From a virus (taxonomy: Duplodnaviria; Caudoviricetes), in IMG/VR virus record IMGVR_UViG_3300046167_000389, positions 1-58,521 of that record: a stretch of 58,521 nucleotides of DNA. One strand, 5' to 3'. This document shows positions 27,793-38,533 of the stretch, piece by piece. The translations under genes were made by a program, and so were the position numbers. The notes under the pieces are model-generated. The model worked only from the letters and a program-made list of their open reading frames with translations, made no database searches and was not told where the DNA came from. Numbering within the stretch: position 1 is the first letter of the stretch; each line of letters begins with the position of its first letter.

Positions 27793-28036
27793 TGATCTTA
27801 TTCCTTTCGGCTTCGCACCGTCTGATACGATCACGTAAGTAAATGTAGTTTTTCATCGCTTCCTCTATTGCCCTACTGTCAGGGGGAAGAGCTTCGATTT
27901 CATCTGCTAATTGATTGTTAAATCTGTCGTCATACTGCTTTATTGCGGGGCAGTAGACCTCAAGCTGCGTTCTATAAACCGTTGTCGCGCAGCCGGTCAG
28001 TGACAGACTTACGATCAGTAAGATTATCGTCTTCAT
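27785..28036 (-). CDS. o-spanin-like lipoprotein
   Basis: Signal peptide with lipobox SLTGC; overlaps the upstream gene. Confidence 0.65.
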   Translation of the reverse strand: MKTIILLIVSLSLTGCATTVYRTQLEVYCPAIKQYDDRFNNQLADEIEALPPDSRAIEEAMKNYIYLRDRIRRCEAERNKING

Positions 28037-28211
28037 GTTCTGCCATGTTTTTGTAAAAATCAGAGGCCTGTGTCTGTGCCTCTAATTCGTCCTCTAGGAC
28101 TTTGATTTTCTCTTTAGCTCGCCCTTTGACCTGACCCATTATGTAAATAATAGGTAAGGCTAGTGCTAAAGCGCCTATGATATAGGACTTGATCTTACCG
28201 AAGACGAACAC
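27972..28211 (-). CDS. i-spanin-like membrane protein
   Basis: N-terminal TM plus coiled coil, after the endolysin. Confidence 0.6.
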   Translation of the reverse strand: MFVFGKIKSYIIGALALALPIIYIMGQVKGRAKEKIKVLEDELEAQTQASDFYKNMAEHEDDNLTDRKSVTDRLRDNGL

Positions 28212-28942
28212 TAATGGACGCCTTCTTTGTTATCCTTCCAACGGGCGTATGCTGCTAAGGCAATCCCGCCAATAGCACACAGTAGGAAGATGGTTTTAAG
28301 GCTATCAGCGTAGGCTACCAGCCCCTGTAATTGACCCGCTACCTCGTTCAAGCCAGTGGCTGCACCGGCTATGCCAGCGCCTACCATAGTCTTAGACTTA
28401 GTAAGCTTCTTAGGAGCCTCTGCAGTAGGCTTCTGTACCATAGCAGGGCCACCCTCATCGGACGGCAATTGAGCGTCACGGCTAAAGATAGCTGCTTCCG
28501 CTGCACGGCGTCGAGTAAGTCCACGAAGAGGCTGTAATTTACCGTCTACCCGCGCCTTGTTCCATCTTTGCAGTTGCTCAGGTACATCATCGTACAGACC
28601 TGCGTTCAGGCGCTTGAGGGCTGTTGATGATTTGAACGCACCCCCGCCTAAGTTGAATACAAACGACACTAGAGCGTCATACTGCCCTTGGCTAAGAGGG
28701 ACATTTACTAGGCGCTTAACTATCTTGCCGTGTTCATCTAAGTCCTCTTGAAGACGCTGTTCTGCCTCTGCTACGGTGCAGGTCATTCCAGAGCGAATAC
28801 CCTTAGTCGCGCCAAATCCTAGCGTCCACTTTCCAGCGGGGCAGCGATATGCGTGAACTAAGCCATCGTCCTTGACTTTGTGCAAGCCTTCAAATTTCTT
28901 AACAAGATCAACGCATTGCTGCGATACATTAGTTGGATGCAT
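28211..28942 (-). CDS. Endolysin, GH24 lysozyme with C-terminal hydrophobic segments
   Basis: KKFEG, YRCPAGKWTLGFG, DALVSFVFNLG, GLTRRRAAE. Confidence 0.9.
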   Translation of the reverse strand: MHPTNVSQQCVDLVKKFEGLHKVKDDGLVHAYRCPAGKWTLGFGATKGIRSGMTCTVAEAEQRLQEDLDEHGKIVKRLVNVPLSQGQYDALVSFVFNLGGGAFKSSTALKRLNAGLYDDVPEQLQRWNKARVDGKLQPLRGLTRRRAAEAAIFSRDAQLPSDEGGPAMVQKPTAEAPKKLTKSKTMVGAGIAGAATGLNEVAGQLQGLVAYADSLKTIFLLCAIGGIALAAYARWKDNKEGVH

Positions 28943-28982
28943 TTTATTAAAATCACTTATAAAATAAATTAAATATACTACT

Positions 28983-29011
28983 ATTATACACTAATTCAGC
29001 GCACAATTCAA
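28983..29011 (-). promoter_or_regulatory. Promoter for lysis and internal protein genes
   Basis: TTGAAT-N17-TATAAT. Confidence 0.7.
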
Positions 29012-29018
29012 CACTTAC

Positions 29019-29857
29019 TTACAGGCGTTGCTCTAGTTCTTCTATACGATCATTAGCTTCCTGTAAGGCTGACCACAGGACGGGTACAAGGCTAGAATAA
29101 TCTACTGTCTGATACACCGGCATACCGTCAACATCTTCAGCATCTTTATCCCCGAAGACTGCCCAAGGAACGATTGCTTGAAGTTCATGGGCTATAAACA
29201 TGGCCCTAGATTGAGTGTCGGTATCTCGCTTACCCATAATGGCATCAACAGACATGACTAAATGAGTGGCGTCTATCAAGCTACCTTCAACCGTCTTAGT
29301 TCTATAATCAGATGTCGTTACATAGCTGGCGGCTGAAACTGCATTCGTGACGGTAGCACTGTCGCCGGTAATATCGCCCGTAACCGAAGCATCACCACTC
29401 AAGAATAAATCCTGCCAACGATTATTGTTTCGTGCCAATATCTTTGGTGTTCGTCGTATCAGGAACCAATGCACCATCGGCTACATTAATATGAGCCAAG
29501 GCTTGCCAGACTGCATTATCTGCAGTTGAGTTTGCACAGACATGCATACGATCTGTGGTCACGTTCACCCAGACTGATCCGACTGCATAGCCCTAAGTCT
29601 GTATCATCATTAACTGTAGGATCTGACGTAGCATCCAGCTTGTTCAAGCCTCCAACTCCACCGTGTGCGGCAGGTAGGTAGCCTGTGACTGAGCTTGCTA
29701 GAGGTATCTTTGCGCTATCACCCGCTACGCCGGTATGCGTATGGCCGCTGGTTCCAAAGGCTGTCTGTAGTTGGTTGAACTCTGAGTTCAGTGGCGCTGC
29801 AGTAATATCCAGCGTGTTCTGAATGGAGCTTGCTGATTGTCTGGTATATCCTGCCAT
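29019..29857 (-). CDS. Tail fibre-like protein with C-terminal S74 intramolecular chaperone (frameshifted)
   Basis: Start MAGYTRQS...LNSEFNQL; C-terminal TSDYRTK, FIAHELQ, VDYSSLVPVLWSALQE. Confidence 0.7.
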
Positions 29858-31537
29858 TATCTCTTTCCCTGACTGTGCAAATTCAAATACTAGCCCTTGG
29901 ATCGAATGTGGGCTGGCTACTGCGTCTGTTACAAAGGTAGCTCTAGTTGAGTAGCCGCTGCCTTGTATGTCCGACACGATTACGGGCTTTGATGAGCCGC
30001 CGTATTTTACGTCTGTGGCGTTATAACTAATGTTCCTACCGCCGTAGACTGTGGGTGCGCCGGTAGAGTTCTGACTGTAATCCCGTGGTGTAGAAGTGTC
30101 TGGATCAGACCAATCGTATTCGATGTTAAGGAGCATCGTGAACGGGCCTTCTGCTCTAATAAAGGTGTTTAGCTTGTGAATCACTTTGCGGATTTCAGTG
30201 TCGCCAAAGTCTAAAAACGGCGTGGAGTACAGACTGATAATGTTAGCACCGGCTAGGCTGTTGCCTGTTTCTTGGCGGTAGACCTTGCCGTCGAACCCGC
30301 CATGTAGAACAAACTCTTCTGCTCCTATGTATTCGCTGGTACAGACTGATACTTTAAAGCCCAATAAATCGCTAAACTCCCAGCCCATGCCTTGTTGAGT
30401 GCTAGTTAAGCCGCCTAATATGCCTTTGCCTTCAGATGTACTACCTCCCACAAACAATCGGATCTGAGACTTGGCTCTGATGACCGTAGAATTAAGCGTA
30501 TCCAAATCCTCATTACGGATAATGTCGGTTAGTCTACCTTGTATGTTTTTACTGATGGAGCGGATCTCTACATCACCAATATTGGCAGTACCTGAAACAG
30601 GGCGCAGACCATCGGGGCTTAGAAATATTAGATCACCGCCTAGCTCTTGTACTGAGTCACGGGCTACACAGCCTACGTTGCTGGTTACATTGTCAGGCTT
30701 AAACGGGGCAGTGGCTCCTTGGGCCGTATTCTTAGCCAGCTTCTTGATAGCGTTCTGACCGAATACAAATAAATCCTCACGGAACGGCTTTAGCTGTACG
30801 ACTTTAAATCCTGCAGAATATTGGTGGCTATCAGCCGCCGTAGTCCAAGTGTACGGATCTTGTGGCGCTGAATGGGATATACCGTTCTGGTAGCTCGTAT
30901 CCCCTGCAATAAACAGGTAATCCTCAAACACTTCTACAATCTCTGGGGCGTCATAGGCATTTGGTCCACCGGCACTAGAGGCACCGCCTGAGTTAGTTGA
31001 GAGTACTTGCTTCCAGTTCGTGCCGTCGAAGATTGTCAGTGGGTTTATACCATCAACAAAGGCCACCATAGAGCCGCTGCCAAAGTTAAACTGCACATGG
31101 CGTATCTTGGTAATAGTCTTAGAGCCGCTAACCGTGTTGTGTGTTAGTCCGGTGGTAATTTTGCTCCAGCCAGAGCCGGTAATGTGTTTCCAGAAAGAGT
31201 AAGTATTTCCAGAAACATCCTTACGTGCGGCTATAATGTAAGGCGATCCCAAAATTTCATTACGGTACATGCAAAGGCCAAGGATTTTACCTTCGGCTAC
31301 AGGATTACTTGAGCCGTCTAATGCCTGTACTTCCTGCCCATACTCGCCACCAGAATAGGTAGCCGTGGTATCGTAATGGTCAAAGCCTTCGATGCGTCTG
31401 TAGCCACCAAATAAACTAGGCTCGTAGTTCATCAGGCGGGTAGCTGCACCGGGAAAGTTAGCAGCCAGATCCAAATGGTTCTCATTGCTATTCAACCCGC
31501 CCTTGCAGATTACTTTATATGAGTCGATACGATCCAC
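29857..31537 (-). CDS. Tail nozzle / tubular protein B-like
   Basis: Beta-rich, GCVARDSVQELGGDLIFLSPDGLR; fusion to the next gene in the ORF track is a frameshift. Confidence 0.7.
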
Positions 31538-32280
31538 TATAAGCCACTCACTGATCTAAAGCTTGCTGAAGCATTACCGCCGCCGAAGTTCACTCTGGTG
31601 TCTCTGACTTCACTGTAGCTGTTGATGTATTGTGATTTCATGTCGGCTATAGCCCGTTCAAAATTGCGCTGGGCTAGTTGGGCCGACTCTGGATTATCCT
31701 TGAACATATAGATGTGATACAGCGCACCTTCTACGAAGATTGGTGTCAGTACGTCTGGATAAACCGAAGCGCCGGTAGGTGTATCGTTATATGCTACAAG
31801 CTCAGTCGGGTGCAGGAAGTACCTAAACTCTAGGCGATACGGCTTATCCGGTGCTGGGCTTATGCCAAATCCTACGCCGTGACTGGGAAATACATATTCA
31901 GGGCGACTGATACCTGACGTAGCTGCGTCATCGTCTTTATCCCGATAGCTCTTGTACCATACATCCCGATCTATGTACTGCAGGGAGCGGTTTTCTGTGG
32001 AGAAAGTACCATCGCCCACGATCTGAAAAGAGTTCCACTCCAGCGTCTTGGCCCTAGTTGGGTTACTATATTCTGTCTGACCTACAACTACCTGAGTAAG
32101 CTCTTGGGCAGCATTAAAAGGCCACTCGAATTGCTGTGCGTTGAAGTCAAAGATTGCGGAGTTAATTGCATCCTTAGCCGCCGCCTGTATGCCACGGGCG
32201 TTCTCAAAGTCAGATTGTGTAAGCTCGACTTCGTTGAGTCGCCTTAGCACCCGATTAGTCAGGTCTAAAAATATAGTCAT
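31537..32280 (-). CDS. Tail adaptor / tubular protein A-like
   Basis: FLDLTNRVLRRLNE start, P.PDK.Y motif, position. Confidence 0.7.
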   Translation of the reverse strand: MTIFLDLTNRVLRRLNEVELTQSDFENARGIQAAAKDAINSAIFDFNAQQFEWPFNAAQELTQVVVGQTEYSNPTRAKTLEWNSFQIVGDGTFSTENRSLQYIDRDVWYKSYRDKDDDAATSGISRPEYVFPSHGVGFGISPAPDKPYRLEFRYFLHPTELVAYNDTPTGASVYPDVLTPIFVEGALYHIYMFKDNPESAQLAQRNFERAIADMKSQYINSYSEVRDTRVNFGGGNASASFRSVSGL

Positions 32281-32292
32281 GTATGGGCCTTT

Positions 32293-34935
32293 TTAAGCTG
32301 CGTTTTTAAACGGGCTGCTTGGAGTAGAAGTTGAGGTGGTCGCAAACGGCGACACATTTAGATCTGAACTTCTTGAAGTAAATGGCGGCTCAATCACGCT
32401 AGTAGTGATGTTCTGAGCGCCTTCGGCATTTACGATAGGTGTATTCAGAGTGCTGGTGATAGCACCAGTTAGAGTTAGATTAGCATTGGCGCTAGTTAGA
32501 CTGTTAATATTAGCTATAGCACCGCTGGAGAATACGCCTTCGGGATTGGCTTGAGTAGTAACCCCGATATTAGTAGACGGCTTACCGTCTGCGACTGCAT
32601 CTCCATCGATGCTGGTGGTTGATGATACAGTAGCCGCCGCTGTGGTTACACGTATACGATTGTAGTTTATTACGGTGGTAGAGGCTACATTCGCAGGTGC
32701 TTTTGGTTGTGCTATTAACTGCGCTTGAACTGAATCCGTGCAGTTTATATTAGCTACGATTAGTGAGGTGGATACCCTTTCTGCTACAATCTGGGTAGTA
32801 GCCTGTACGGTCGTGGACGGTCTGCCGATCCTTATTACCTCGGCGTCTACAGAGGTAGATACCGCAACATCAGCAATCACACGGTCAGCAAGTACGCCGG
32901 TTACTGATGAACCAAACTCTAAAATGGTGTCGGTAACTACACCATCAAAGGATTCGCCGGTTACGGATGCAGCAAAAGTATAAGTTTCGTCAGCGGCTAG
33001 ATCAACACCCAGACCCGCATCCATGAACCCATCAAAGGCATATGTATTATCTGCAGAGGTGTTTGTTCCTGTGGAGCCTACTGCCGAGGCATTGAAGGTG
33101 TAAGTAGTGTTTGCGGCTCCGGGTCTAAAGTCTTCCGAAAGTATAGCCGCCTGTGAAGAAACAGTAGAAGTAGCAGCGGATTTTATGATGCGAACTACAT
33201 CCGCAGCGGCGGTAGATTGGACAGACTCAGAGGAAGTATTCTGACGTATCCGTACAAAGTCTATAGCGGTAGATGATGTACTTGTAGCAGATACGCTACC
33301 CTCGATAACTACCTCAGAGCCTACTGATGTAGTGGAGCTTATCGAAGAAGCGGCAGAGCCTAGGTGTAAGAAGCTGCCAAGAACTGATCCGTTAAATCCA
33401 TACGTGTTATCGGCGGCGGCGTTTGTTCCAGTGGAAGCGGTAACTACTGCAGAAGTAGCATATGTGGTGTCCGTAGCTGCGGGTCTAAAGTCCTGACCAA
33501 CAGCCGCCGTAATAGAAATAACATTAGCACTGACTGCGGCATTAATAACTCTAACAGGATCAACTGATCCAGTAGACGTAACATTAGCAGATGCTTCGCT
33601 TAGTCTAATTCTAACTGCGTCAGGAACTAAGCTAGACGAAACTATATCAGCGGAAATAGCTGCTACTCGTATTCGGGTAACATCAGTCGTGCCAGAAGAT
33701 ATTGCGGATGCAGCGGCTTCTGCATCTAGTACTGTTTCACCCGATACAGATGATGTCGAGGTTACATCACCCAAGGCAGAGGCATTTATTACAGTTAATC
33801 TGCCATTGACCGTAGAATCAAAAGTATAGGTTTCGTCTACATTAGCGGATGTACCCGCAGAGCCTGTAACAGTAGCATCGATGCTGTAGGTGGTGTCTGT
33901 TTCAGCGGATACCGGCGGGAGAGGTGTAACTGAAGCAGTAGTGCTGTAAGTCGTGTCTGTTTCGGCATCGATTGCGAGTTTGCCAACAACGGAAGCAGTA
34001 GTGCTGTAAGTCGTGTCTGTAGACAGAGCTACAAAATCTTCGCCGCTTACAGACGTTGTTGTTGTAATCGCCGCTGTAGGGGATGCTTTAATTAATCTGG
34101 CAGCATCGGCGGTAGCAGAAGACGTTACAGTAGCTGTGGCGTCTGATTTTATGAGTCTCTGTTGGTCTGCCGAAGCAGAAGAAACAATATTAGTGCTTGG
34201 CCTACCCAGCCTGACTTTGTTTACCGCATCAGCAATAATTGTAGTTACTGAAGCAGCTATATCAGAGGTACGAACTCGTTTTGCAGCTAGGCTGGTGCTG
34301 GCAGCTATATTAGCAGCGGCTACAGATAGGCGGGTAATTTTACCTGCGATAGAAGTGGTGGCCGAAGCAGTCGTGGTGGCTGCAGTAGTGCGGGTACGTT
34401 TAGCCTCAATGCTAGTGGTGGTGGCAGAAATTGCTGTACCGGCTGCTTTGCGGAGCCTTACCTGATCAACAGATCCCGTGGCAGTAGCCGTGGCGGCAGC
34501 ATTGGCTGTCCGTATCCGATCATAATCTATCGTCGCCGTAGCCGACACAGACGCAGACATGGCGGCGTCTACGATAGTGGCAGTAGTGGCACTTACTGTC
34601 GTTGTAGCGGATATAGACGCAGCTACATCAGCAGTTCTTTTTCTCTGTACTGCAGTTGAAGCTGTAGCAGAGATAGTAGTGCTAGGTCGCCCTAATCTTA
34701 CCTTGTTAACTGCGTCAGCAATGATTGTAGTAACTGAGGCCGCAATATCAGAAGTGCGTACTCGTTTAGCGGCAAACGTGGTGCTAGAATTAACAGCCGC
34801 AGCCGCTGCAGTATCTTTAACCCGTACCGCTTCAACAGCCGTTGTGCTGGCAATAGCCGCACTTGCAGAAGCCTCAACGATATTGGCGTCGAGGGCCGCT
34901 AAAGGTGCTGATGCGAGAGGACTAAAGCCGAGCAT
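32293..34935 (-). CDS. Ala/Thr/Ser/Val-rich repetitive virion protein
   Basis: ~20-22 aa periodicity; MLGFSPLASAPLA start. Confidence 0.7.
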   Translation of the reverse strand: MLGFSPLASAPLAALDANIVEASASAAIASTTAVEAVRVKDTAAAAAVNSSTTFAAKRVRTSDIAASVTTIIADAVNKVRLGRPSTTISATASTAVQRKRTADVAASISATTTVSATTATIVDAAMSASVSATATIDYDRIRTANAAATATATGSVDQVRLRKAAGTAISATTTSIEAKRTRTTAATTTASATTSIAGKITRLSVAAANIAASTSLAAKRVRTSDIAASVTTIIADAVNKVRLGRPSTNIVSSASADQQRLIKSDATATVTSSATADAARLIKASPTAAITTTTSVSGEDFVALSTDTTYSTTASVVGKLAIDAETDTTYSTTASVTPLPPVSAETDTTYSIDATVTGSAGTSANVDETYTFDSTVNGRLTVINASALGDVTSTSSVSGETVLDAEAAASAISSGTTDVTRIRVAAISADIVSSSLVPDAVRIRLSEASANVTSTGSVDPVRVINAAVSANVISITAAVGQDFRPAATDTTYATSAVVTASTGTNAAADNTYGFNGSVLGSFLHLGSAASSISSTTSVGSEVVIEGSVSATSTSSTAIDFVRIRQNTSSESVQSTAAADVVRIIKSAATSTVSSQAAILSEDFRPGAANTTYTFNASAVGSTGTNTSADNTYAFDGFMDAGLGVDLAADETYTFAASVTGESFDGVVTDTILEFGSSVTGVLADRVIADVAVSTSVDAEVIRIGRPSTTVQATTQIVAERVSTSLIVANINCTDSVQAQLIAQPKAPANVASTTVINYNRIRVTTAAATVSSTTSIDGDAVADGKPSTNIGVTTQANPEGVFSSGAIANINSLTSANANLTLTGAITSTLNTPIVNAEGAQNITTSVIEPPFTSRSSDLNVSPFATTSTSTPSSPFKNAA

Positions 34936-34938
34936 TTG

Positions 34939-37428
34939 TTATCCCTCTAACGGGGCTGCTGGTGGCGTGAAGTTTGCGGTGTAGCGAGCTAAATCTTTAG
35001 TAATGCGGAGGTCTTGGATGTAACCTTCAAAATTATAACTAGCGCCTCGATATCCACCTATTATCCAATTTTCAGATCCAGCACTTATATTACTAGACGA
35101 ATTTACTGTATCTTCCAATGTTCCATTTATATAAAACTTGTAAGTATTGGCACTAGAATCTCTGACTAAAGAAATGTGACTCCAAGCATTTGTTGTGATA
35201 GAACCAAAATTACCGTTATAAGAATAAGAACTATTATTCCAAGACAATGCGGCTGCTATATTACCACTTTGATGATAAAATTGTAAGCCAACACCCTTAC
35301 TAAACGGCATCAAAAGATTTGTATCTTGAGCAGGATACATCCAAAACTCAATCGTATAGTCTTTAGAAAATATAGAATCATCTGCAGGAATATCAATATA
35401 ATCACCCGTACCATCAAAATACATTGACTTAGTATTAGCAAACTTAACCTGAGTAGTTGAACCAGTAGTATTGCCAACCAGTTTTAGATTAGAACTTTGA
35501 GATTTATCTATGATAGAGGCGTCTGTGCCTTTGATGTGTAGCTCTGCACCTGATGAAGATCGTGACGAAGTAGGAACTGTAGATGATCCGCTTGGCGTTC
35601 CCGTCTGCACTAAAAAATCTGAAATGTAGCCCGTCCAATCCAAATTATTACTCCAAGACGATCCTAAATTGCCAATTGTAAGATCAGTATTTGGAGCTGA
35701 GTAACCTGATAACGATTTTGAAGATTCTTCAACTCCGTTTATAAACATCTTTGCAGTACTTGACGTGACTTGTAGCTCGACAAAATACCAAACATTTCTA
35801 AGTGCAAAAACCCCAGTATCCGTATCTCCGCTATCGACAGAATATTTAATTGGAGTGTTAGTACCCCCGTAAAGAAAAATACCTACTCTGCCGCCACTAC
35901 CAGCACCTTGTCCAAAAACGGCTCCGATTTCGTCGGTACTTGATCTAGTAGAATAGAACCAGCAACTAACTGTAAAATTTGTTGATCCACTAGGTATTTT
36001 ACCCGCAGAAGTTTCTAATCTATCATCAGTACCATCAAAATATACAGACCCACCGTGATCGGCTGCATCGTATTCATTGTAGTCGTAGGGTGAGAATGGT
36101 TTTGTGAAAACATTGCCGTTTACTGTTATTGTATGCGCGTTAGTTGAGCCATCAGATATATATGGTAGGTGGCAAGTAAGCAGTGAAGTATTAGTAACTG
36201 CACTCACACGTTCAGTGGGAACAGAGTAAGCAGTAGTGTCTAAGGATGTAACTACCCGAAGGTCAGAAATGTAGCCATTAAAGAACGGTTGAATACTATA
36301 TGCGCCTGTACCTATAACTGGACGATTTGATCCATTTGTTAAATTTTCAGTTCCAGAATGTGTGTCGGTTTGTAGTGTACCATTTACATACATTTTAGTG
36401 GTGCCATTATCTCGGGCTACACAAAAATATGCCCACTGTTTTGTCGATATAGCAGTGTTTCCAACTATAACATCTGTACCCGCTATTTTATATCTAAATG
36501 TACCATCAGCTTGTGTGTAAATAACGAGATGATTTCCAGTGGCATTACTTAAAGGTCTATAATCAAGAAGATAACCATCACCCAATGAGCCTGTAAAATA
36601 CACCCAGAAACTTATAGTAAAATCTCCAGAGCCAATTGCTGCTCCGCCGCTTGAAGAAGAAACATTTAGATATGTATTGGTCGTCCCATCAAAGTAAGTA
36701 GAATAACCTCCACTACGATAAGGGCTAAACGTACCAGCGTAAGAATCGCCATTTACTGTAATGCTATGGCTATTAGAAGAGCTATCGGTAATGTTATTAT
36801 TGTCTGACGTACCCGTAGCAGTCGCCAGCAAAGTTGTATGATTACTATCCGTTACAACCGTAACAAACGACAGGCTAAACGCATTAGCGCTGGTAGCCTG
36901 ATTGATGCCATCGCTGGCAGTAAACGTCAGAGTAAAAGTAGCATCTTGGCTGGCGTGTGGCGTTACCGTGAATACGTTTGTATTGTTGCCAGTGCCTTGC
37001 GTTACCGTAGATCCGTTTAACGATGCAGCGCCAGTAGTAACGCTGTAGCCGTATGTCAGAGGTACTTCTTCTGGATCAGCCGCCGTTACAGTAATTACTG
37101 TGGCTGTACCATCAGTAGCCAAAGTGAATGGCGTAGTATTGCTGCCAGCATCTTGAACAGAAGTAATGTTAGGGTTCGTATTAACCAAGCTAACAGAGTA
37201 CCAGCCAGAGCCGTTATTGATGTAAAAACGATTAGTAGCAGTCACATAAGCCATATCACCAGCAGCAAAGCCAGACAGCGGTAAAAGATCAGCCGTAGCG
37301 TAGACTACAGCCCCAGCCGCAACGGTATCAAAAGCTACCCCGCCAGAGCCAGTAGACTTTAAAAACTGACCGCTAGAGCCATCGTCTAGGACGTTTGCAA
37401 GAGTGCTGAGATTTGATGCGTTGCTCAT
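34939..37428 (-). CDS. Tail fibre / receptor-binding protein with three LamG (ConA-like) domains
   Basis: Three repeats of YFDGT...FT.xFW...GYI.D. Confidence 0.8.
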   Translation of the reverse strand: MSNASNLSTLANVLDDGSSGQFLKSTGSGGVAFDTVAAGAVVYATADLLPLSGFAAGDMAYVTATNRFYINNGSGWYSVSLVNTNPNITSVQDAGSNTTPFTLATDGTATVITVTAADPEEVPLTYGYSVTTGAASLNGSTVTQGTGNNTNVFTVTPHASQDATFTLTFTASDGINQATSANAFSLSFVTVVTDSNHTTLLATATGTSDNNNITDSSSNSHSITVNGDSYAGTFSPYRSGGYSTYFDGTTNTYLNVSSSSGGAAIGSGDFTISFWVYFTGSLGDGYLLDYRPLSNATGNHLVIYTQADGTFRYKIAGTDVIVGNTAISTKQWAYFCVARDNGTTKMYVNGTLQTDTHSGTENLTNGSNRPVIGTGAYSIQPFFNGYISDLRVVTSLDTTAYSVPTERVSAVTNTSLLTCHLPYISDGSTNAHTITVNGNVFTKPFSPYDYNEYDAADHGGSVYFDGTDDRLETSAGKIPSGSTNFTVSCWFYSTRSSTDEIGAVFGQGAGSGGRVGIFLYGGTNTPIKYSVDSGDTDTGVFALRNVWYFVELQVTSSTAKMFINGVEESSKSLSGYSAPNTDLTIGNLGSSWSNNLDWTGYISDFLVQTGTPSGSSTVPTSSRSSSGAELHIKGTDASIIDKSQSSNLKLVGNTTGSTTQVKFANTKSMYFDGTGDYIDIPADDSIFSKDYTIEFWMYPAQDTNLLMPFSKGVGLQFYHQSGNIAAALSWNNSSYSYNGNFGSITTNAWSHISLVRDSSANTYKFYINGTLEDTVNSSSNISAGSENWIIGGYRGASYNFEGYIQDLRITKDLARYTANFTPPAAPLEG

Positions 37429-37434
37429 TCTTTA

Positions 37435-37743
37435 CTACCTCTCAGCACACCAAGCATTCACAACCGCTGCGACTTCATCGCTGGTCATAGTGCTATCGTC
37501 TTCATTTAACAGTGGGTAACGGGAGTGAATATTTTGAACTGCTGCAACTAGCTCTGTTTGAGTGTAAGTTGTTACAGTGTCTGGAATATAGTATTCTCTA
37601 TTGTCTGGCGAATAACCAATCATTGTATGGCTATCAGGATCAGCAAAATAACCACCATCTGCAATCCAAGGTGGTGTTTTCATACCACCATCAGTCATAT
37701 GTAATTTGTACTCAAGATACATTTTGATTACTCTTCTTTTCAA
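37435..37743 (-). CDS. Hypothetical tail-region protein
   Basis: ORF in operon. Confidence 0.6.
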   Translation of the reverse strand: MKRRVIKMYLEYKLHMTDGGMKTPPWIADGGYFADPDSHTMIGYSPDNREYYIPDTVTTYTQTELVAAVQNIHSRYPLLNEDDSTMTSDEVAAVVNAWCAER

Positions 37744-38533
37744 TTTGCAGCATATAATCAGAGTTTAAAAAATCAGCCTTACCGAATATGCGTTCAGCCG
37801 TTTTATCTGCGTTAGTACAATACTTGTCTGCCATCTGGTCTAAGAAATCTTCAAGATCATTTGAGTGTGGCAAATCATTTTTAGCAATTCGATCAGAGGT
37901 GTGTTTGATGTAGCCGCTTACCTCAGTTAAACCAACTTGAGGGTGAACGCCGTACTGTGTCATATATTCAATAGTAGCTGTCGAAGCTCTGCCGCCATCC
38001 ATCAGGTTTCTATACATTAACTCAAAGCCACGCCTTACGTGATGTCTTTTTTCTTCAGCTTCAAATGTCGCTTCATCCCATTCTTTAATGCCGTGTGCTT
38101 CTTGAATGTTTTCATAAGCGTCTACCATCGTAGCAATGTCTTTAATACTACCGTTGATTTTGTTTTCAACTGACACAAGAGAGTGTCGCTTATGGCGCAG
38201 CTTGGCCTCGGATACAGCGTCATCTAAGCCTTCTAGTTCCATTATTTCCTCTCGCAACTCAGCGTGAGTAACTTGGGCTTCTGACAATGCCATCTTACGC
38301 TTTTCAACTTCAGCCGTAATCTGACGCAGCATACGCATAGGGCTATGACCGTTCAGCATTGTAAGGGTCATCATATTGATAGTGGTCTGACTGTTTTGAC
38401 GATCAAAAGCCCTTGTTGCTCGGTCAATCATAGGCAGCTTTTCTGCTACCCGTGCAGCGGCTACCTGATTTATGTTTTCAGAGGCTTCGACGGGAAGACT
38501 GAAGGTAATCGGTTTTGTAACGACTTGGTTCAT
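37712..38533 (-). CDS. Coiled-coil hypothetical protein
   Basis: ORF in operon. Confidence 0.65.
   Translation of the reverse strand: MNQVVTKPITFSLPVEASENINQVAAARVAEKLPMIDRATRAFDRQNSQTTINMMTLTMLNGHSPMRMLRQITAEVEKRKMALSEAQVTHAELREEIMELEGLDDAVSEAKLRHKRHSLVSVENKINGSIKDIATMVDAYENIQEAHGIKEWDEATFEAEEKRHHVRRGFELMYRNLMDGGRASTATIEYMTQYGVHPQVGLTEVSGYIKHTSDRIAKNDLPHSNDLEDFLDQMADKYCTNADKTAERIFGKADFLNSDYMLQIEKKSNQNVS

Noticed and set aside
29516-31537. 673-aa fused tail protein
   Set aside because: A frameshift near 29865 joins the tail nozzle gene to the start of the next gene (MAGYTRQS).
33932-34773. Diversity-generating retroelement TR/VR pair
   Set aside because: No reverse transcriptase; repeat differences are synonymous and not adenine-specific.
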